Origin: Patescibacteria group bacterium
GTDB lineage: Bacteria > Patescibacteriota > Minisyncoccia > Phycocordibacterales > Phycocordibacteraceae
DNA length: 64,000 bases
Assembly: GCA_028866135.1 (NCBI GenBank)
Contig: JAGWIS010000001.1
Span: forward strand, 13,357-77,356
Direction of reading: 5' to 3'
Below, one piece after another: positions 57,681 through 64,000 of this stretch (the first letter of the stretch is position 1; each line of letters begins with the position of its first letter). The position numbers and the translations under genes were made by a program. The notes beneath the pieces are model-generated. The model ran no database searches, was not told the DNA's origin, and was given only the letters and a program-made list of their open reading frames with translations.

Positions 57681-58838
57681 TTAGTGCGCATGAGAATGGG
57701 AATGGCCCTCTGACTTCGTGTCAGAGGGTTTCCCTTTTCGAAGCATCCATACGGAAATGAGCGTCGTGAGCGGAACTGCGAGGATGAGGCCGATGCTCCC
57801 GACCATTGTGCGAACGATCTCAGTGGCGAATAATTCTTGATTGATGGTGGCCGCAATGGACATGTCGGTAAAGTGCAGCAGGAGCAAGAGCGGGAGCGAG
57901 ACACCGACATAGGCAATCGCCAAGGTGTTGACGAGTGCTCCGATGTGCTCACGACCGATGCGGAGCGCACGCCGATACAGCTCCCAGTGCGAATAGTGTG
58001 CTGCTGCTCGTTTCAATTCTTCAACGGCGATCGCCTGGCCAATAGCCGCGTCATAGAGGATGCCGAGCAGACCAATCATGATGCCGCCCAAAAGAAGGCC
58101 GACGAAGTCGATCGTGCCGTTGGTCGCGAAGTGGAGGTAGGTGACTTCTTCGGAGCTGTAGCCGGAGAGCATCGCCGCGTGAACGGACCAGTATGCGAGT
58201 GCACCGGTGACACAAATCGTTGCGATCATGCCGAGTACAGCCGCACTCGTTGTCCGATTGAATCCGTGAGTTATATATGAACCAATGACGATAATAAACG
58301 AAGATATTCCAACCGAGAGGAGCACGGGAGAATATCCTGCGAGTATACCGGGGAGAAGAATGTAGAATATGACTGCTAAGCTCGCGATAAGGGAAACAAG
58401 TCCGCGAATGCCCTGCTTGCCGCCGAAGATGATAATTGTGAGAACAAATAGGACGACAAGCATCTCCAGAGTCGGAAGACGATACGGCTCCTGAACATTC
58501 CACGTGTCATTCACTGCATCCATCCCACCGATAGAGTGATTTGCATAAAATTCGTCACCGACTTTTAGATTGAAACGGTCATTATCTACAGTGACGGTCT
58601 TCCCTTTGTCTGGACCCTCAAGAATCTGTGCCTGAAGTGTCTGCACGGTTTCGCTCGTCTGCGTACCCGGCACGTCTTGAATCGTTTGGGTGAGCACTTG
58701 GAGCACTCTTGCTCGTTCAATGTAACTCACCTCTTGATTCTGGGTTTGGGCAGAAACGGGATACGCTGGAACAAAGAAAGCGAGGAACGTGAGCAAACCA
58801 AATATCATTATTACGATTCTGCGCATATGATCTACCAA
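57681..58838 (-). CDS. YibE/F-family membrane protein.
   Basis: It has an N-terminal signal/anchor, an extracytoplasmic domain and a C-terminal multi-TM bundle. The C-terminus is His-rich. Confidence 0.5.
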   Translation of the reverse strand: MVDHMRRIVIMIFGLLTFLAFFVPAYPVSAQTQNQEVSYIERARVLQVLTQTIQDVPGTQTSETVQTLQAQILEGPDKGKTVTVDNDRFNLKVGDEFYANHSIGGMDAVNDTWNVQEPYRLPTLEMLVVLFVLTIIIFGGKQGIRGLVSLIASLAVIFYILLPGILAGYSPVLLSVGISSFIIVIGSYITHGFNRTTSAAVLGMIATICVTGALAYWSVHAAMLSGYSSEEVTYLHFATNGTIDFVGLLLGGIMIGLLGILYDAAIGQAIAVEELKRAAAHYSHWELYRRALRIGREHIGALVNTLAIAYVGVSLPLLLLLHFTDMSIAATINQELFATEIVRTMVGSIGLILAVPLTTLISVWMLRKGKPSDTKSEGHSHSHAH

Positions 58839-59080
58839 GTGTAGCAGAAACGCCCGTTTTATCGCAGTTCGATTCCGTTACCCATGCTCAAAATCTGATC
58901 TATTTCGTTATGACTACACCACAAAACCACCCGAGTACGTGAGTACCGGAATCGCACTGGATATGTGTTGAAAATGCTGTGTGACCTCGCGCAGATATGC
59001 GCTTTTATCGCTCGACACCCGTGCCGGTCTTGAACCAATTTTGACGCGTAACGGTCTCTGATATGGGTCGCACTAGTCTG

Positions 59081-59398
59081 TTGCGGGGGTGGGACTTGAA
59101 CCCACGTCTGGAGGTTATGCTTGCCACTACAATTTTCATTGCCCTATGGTTTGTGGTCTGGACTATGCCTTCACCCGTCACACTGATTTTAAATCTAGTG
59201 AGGCGGGTGTCTGCCGTCTAGTCTCTACACCTTCTCCGCGATATGGCGAGTCGCCTATCTCACGGAGCTTGGCTCGGTATTGCCTTTCGCTTTTTGCAGG
59301 AAGGGTTCGCCGAATTTGACAGATGATCTTACGCGCAATTACTCGCGCGCACGCCCGAATGACTCAAGCCTCCCGAGGTACCTCTCCTCTACCCCGCT
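59081..59398 (-). tRNA. Initiator-like tRNA-Met (anticodon CAU) interrupted by a group I intron, 318 nt in total.
   Basis: The 5' exon (59398-59367) is AGCGGGG-TA-GAGG-AGAGGTA-CCTC-G-GGAGG-CU. The 3' exon (59119-59081) is CAUAA-CCTCC-AGAC-GTGGG-TTCAAGT-CCCAC-CCCCGCA-A. The joined loop is CUCAUAA. The 3' end CCCCGCAA and the A1-A72 mismatch resemble bacterial tRNA-fMet. Confidence 0.65.
59120..59366 (-). ncRNA. Group I intron (Azoarcus-like IC3 type) in the anticodon loop of the tRNA-CAU gene.
   Basis: The minus strand has GGUGUAGAGACUAGACGGCAGACACC (near-identical to the Azoarcus P7 region) and GGCAUAGUCC. The intron ends with G before the 3' exon, and a P2-like hairpin CGCGC-GAGUAAUU-GCGCG lies near its 5' end. 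Confidence 0.65.
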
Positions 59399-59567
59399 AA
59401 TAATCAGTATACATAGAAAAAATTGCGGAGCAACTTGGATTTGGAAGCGAGAAAATGGTCCGAGATGCGCGACGCGGGAAGCTGGCTTTCGGAGACGTAC
59501 TAGAAGGTACGGCGAAGGAAGTCAGCGGGGCCCGCAACAAAGCAGATGGGATTATTTTCTCGCTTCC

Positions 59568-60146
59568 CTAAAGAGCTTTGAACTCGCGGAAAACATTCGC
59601 ATAGCGCGCGATGGTGCGGCGCGCGAGCGTGTCGGAGAGATTGAAGGCGGAGCCTTCGTGCGCGATCTGATTGCGCACTTTGTGCGCGTCCCACGCGTCT
59701 TGGAGGCTGTTGATGTGCGCGGGATCGACCGACTTCAGCTTCTCGCCCACACCATCGCCCACGTATCCCTGCTGCCCGAGCACGTCGTCGAGCATGATGT
59801 CGGCTTCGATGATCGCCTCGCGCCATTCGCTTGCGGTCGCCCCGCCGGCCAATTTCTCGATGTGCTTCCAGCGCTCATGTATCTCGCCCGCCGCCTCCTG
59901 CGTGAGAATGATCGTCTGGTAAAATTTCCGCTCGCGCTCGCGCAGCTCGAAGAGGCGCACGGTCGCGTAGATGATAACGAAGAGTCCAAAGACCGCGAGG
60001 ATGTAGCCAATAGCGACAATCCAGAGCCAAAGATGCGCGAGCCACGCAGCAAGACCGGATAGTCCGGTCGAGCCGTAGCACGCGCCATAAATGCACTCGT
60101 AGAGAAGACGGAACCAGTATTCGACGTTCGCCTGCATTCCCGCCAT
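59568..60146 (-). CDS. Membrane protein of unknown function.
   Basis: It has 2-3 N-terminal TM helices and a soluble alpha-helical C-terminal domain, and is 192 aa. Confidence 0.4.
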   Translation of the reverse strand: MAGMQANVEYWFRLLYECIYGACYGSTGLSGLAAWLAHLWLWIVAIGYILAVFGLFVIIYATVRLFELRERERKFYQTIILTQEAAGEIHERWKHIEKLAGGATASEWREAIIEADIMLDDVLGQQGYVGDGVGEKLKSVDPAHINSLQDAWDAHKVRNQIAHEGSAFNLSDTLARRTIARYANVFREFKAL

Positions 60147-60280
60147 ATGCTTCTAGTATACCCCGTGAGATACCCAATATCGTGGCGGATTCACATGATA
60201 GAAGAGGAAAAACTTCACACTATGCGGCTCCGCACATTCGCACGAGACTATCTCATGGGGTATACGTGCAAAGGGCGTTC

Positions 60281-61720
60281 CTAAAGAGATTTCTCCACTG
60301 TGTTGCCTACGGTGAAAAGGACGTCTTCCGCCTGATGCGGCGCAGTGAAATGGATGCCGACGGGGAGCTCCTTGCCATCGCGATTGACCGTATTCATTGG
60401 AACGGAGATCGCCGGCATGCCGGTGAGGTTTGCGGTTACCGTAAAAATATCTTCGAGATACATGGAAAGAGGGTCGCTCTTTTCGCCGAACTTGAATGCC
60501 GGCGAAGGCGTCGTGGGGAATGCGATGACGTCGCACGATTCAAATGCTTTGTCGTATTCGCGGCGCAGCACGGCCCGCGCCGCATCCGCCTTGCGGTAGT
60601 ACGCGTCGATATAGCCGGAAGAGAGTACGAACGTGCCGAGGAGGATGCGGCGGCGCGTCTCTTCCCCGAATCCTTCGGTGCGGGATTTGATGTAATCATC
60701 AAGGAGCGTGTCCCCGCGCGCCGCGCGCCCGTAGCGCATGCCGTCGAGGCGCGCGAGATTGGTCGAGACTTCGGCGGGCATGATGATGTAGTACGCCGCA
60801 AGCGCGTGCGCGCTCGCCGGCAGCTCGACATCGACAACTGCGTGGCCGGCTTCTTTCAGTTTCGCAAGCGTCGCTTCGAATGCGACGAGCACGTCCGGGT
60901 CGACGCCCTCGCGAAGAAGGTGGCGCGGGACGCCGATGCGGAGCGTCTTCGGAATTTCGCGCTTCGGGTAGAGTCCGTCCGGGATGGTGGTGGAATCAAG
61001 CTCATCTTTTCCCCGGATCGCTTCGTGGAGGATGCGCGCATCGGCGACCGACTTCGCAAGCGGGCCGATCTGATCGAGCGAGGAGCCCATGGCGATGAGC
61101 CCCGAGCGGGAGACGGCGCCATAGGTGGGCTTCAGACCGACGATGCCGGTAAGCGCTGCGGGCTGGCGGATGGAGCCGCCGGTGTCTGAGCCGAGCGCGG
61201 CGATGGCGAGATGCGCGGCGACCGCTGCAGCGGAGCCGCCGGAGGAGCCGCCGGGTACGCGTTCCGTGTCGATAGGATTCTTCGTCGCGCCGAACGCGGA
61301 GTGCTCGGTCGACGAGCCCATGGCAAATTCGTCCATGTTGGTGCGGCCGATGAAAAGCGCTCCGGCTTCTTTCAGTTTTTTTACAACGCTTGCGTCGTAC
61401 GTCGCGCGATAGTTCTCGAGCATCTTCGAGGACGCGCTCGCGATCTTCCCTTCTATCAAAATATTATCTTTTATCGCGAGCGGGATTCCGCAGAGAAGCG
61501 GAGCTCGCTCGCCTTCCGCATCGATACGCTTCTGCGCTGCAGCTATTGCTTCATCATCTGCAGGGAAAATTTCCAGGTATGCGCGGAGCTCCGGATTGCG
61601 CTTTTGCGCCTCTTCCGCACACGCGTCCCAGAGCTCGCGCACCGAGCATTCCCGCGCGCGAAGGCGACGCGCGGCTTCCTCGATCGTGAGCTCGTTTAGC
61701 TTAGTCATCCCATTAGACAT
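60281..61720 (-). CDS. gatA: Glutamyl-tRNA(Gln)/aspartyl-tRNA(Asn) amidotransferase subunit A.
   Basis: It has the amidase signature GGSSGGSAAAVAA and Ser-cisSer-Lys triad context, at typical GatA size (479 aa). Confidence 0.9.
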   Translation of the reverse strand: MSNGMTKLNELTIEEAARRLRARECSVRELWDACAEEAQKRNPELRAYLEIFPADDEAIAAAQKRIDAEGERAPLLCGIPLAIKDNILIEGKIASASSKMLENYRATYDASVVKKLKEAGALFIGRTNMDEFAMGSSTEHSAFGATKNPIDTERVPGGSSGGSAAAVAAHLAIAALGSDTGGSIRQPAALTGIVGLKPTYGAVSRSGLIAMGSSLDQIGPLAKSVADARILHEAIRGKDELDSTTIPDGLYPKREIPKTLRIGVPRHLLREGVDPDVLVAFEATLAKLKEAGHAVVDVELPASAHALAAYYIIMPAEVSTNLARLDGMRYGRAARGDTLLDDYIKSRTEGFGEETRRRILLGTFVLSSGYIDAYYRKADAARAVLRREYDKAFESCDVIAFPTTPSPAFKFGEKSDPLSMYLEDIFTVTANLTGMPAISVPMNTVNRDGKELPVGIHFTAPHQAEDVLFTVGNTVEKSL

Positions 61721-61806
61721 AATTCATGCTGATTATGGCGAATGGCTGGCTTGGAGCGATCACGCATAGTTCGTTTTACGAGTGCTTGTAACATAGTCTA
61801 ACGGGA

Positions 61807-62109
61807 CTAGTGTGTCAGGATCTGCTTCACCGAAAGCGCGTCGCCTCCGCGCGCGGGGAACTGCGCCGCGAGTTTCTCCGTATACGCACCCGGCGCGTGC
61901 GGAACGCCGTCCTCACGCATCACGTTTCGAAGCGGCTGGCCGCTCCGCAGCGCCTCCCCTTCCGGCATCTCGACCGCAGAAATGGTCTCGACATACGCCA
62001 GTATCGCGTCGAATTCTTTCGTAAATTTCTCGAGCTCGGCATCCGCGAGCCTCACGCGTGCGAGCGTCGCGAGCTTCTTGACCTCTTCTACCGTCGCCAT
62101 TCCCCGCAC
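61807..62109 (-). CDS. gatC: Aspartyl/glutamyl-tRNA amidotransferase subunit C.
   Basis: 100 aa with GatC-like VEEVKKLATLARVRL...E at the N-terminus, lying between ligA and gatA. Confidence 0.7.
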   Translation of the reverse strand: MRGMATVEEVKKLATLARVRLADAELEKFTKEFDAILAYVETISAVEMPEGEALRSGQPLRNVMREDGVPHAPGAYTEKLAAQFPARGGDALSVKQILTH

Positions 62110-62113
62110 TCTA

Positions 62114-64000
<1,887 letters not shown>

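Noticed and set aside
59089-60062. ORFs at 59089-59319 (plus strand, 76 aa) and 59280-60062 (plus strand, 260 aa); also 26851-27060 (plus strand) and 26520-26813 (minus strand).
   Set aside because: They overlap the group I intron and tRNA exon sequences, and partly run antisense to the membrane-protein gene at 59568-60146. The region is explained by the structured RNA.

Overview
This is a 64-kb chromosomal window from a high-GC bacterium; most of it is about 62-66% GC. Genes are densely packed on both strands, with about 70 protein-coding genes, several minus-strand tRNA genes and no rRNA or CRISPR array. Housekeeping genes include pyrG, ftsE/ftsX, prfB (RF2, SPF motif), gatC/gatA and a ligA that runs off the window end. 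The rest is mostly transport (two MFS pumps, three membrane-fusion/ABC efflux modules, two P-type ATPases, a ZIP transporter, a partial SsuBC-like importer), two ECF sigma/anti-sigma pairs, a two-component system and an ApbE flavinylation cassette. Three observations stand out. First, two tRNA genes (a tRNA-Asp-like gene at 26787-27071 and an initiator-like tRNA-CAU at 59081-59398) are each split by an Azoarcus-type group I intron of about 210-250 nt with conserved core motifs. A frameshifted LAGLIDADG homing-endonuclease gene sits beside the first one, and an HNH endonuclease lies in a nearby tRNA cluster that also carries tRNA fragments and direct repeats. Second, a low-GC island of about 5 kb (about 3.8-8.9 kb) carries a CYTH protein, a GDSL hydrolase, a NUDIX hydrolase, an AstE/AspA-type deacylase, an APH-family kinase and a MetRS-like paralog. 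The MetRS-like protein keeps the MetRS backbone signature but has lost both class I catalytic motifs (HLGH to SLSH, KMSKS to IDSAS). The island abuts a ThiF/E1-like, PaaK-like, aminotransferase operon. Third, a multiply frameshifted large serine recombinase sits next to tRNA-Met, apparently an integration relic, flanking a BcrABC-like bacitracin-resistance-type module under two-component control. All calls rest on reading motifs in the supplied translations and folding tRNAs by hand; no database searches were run.
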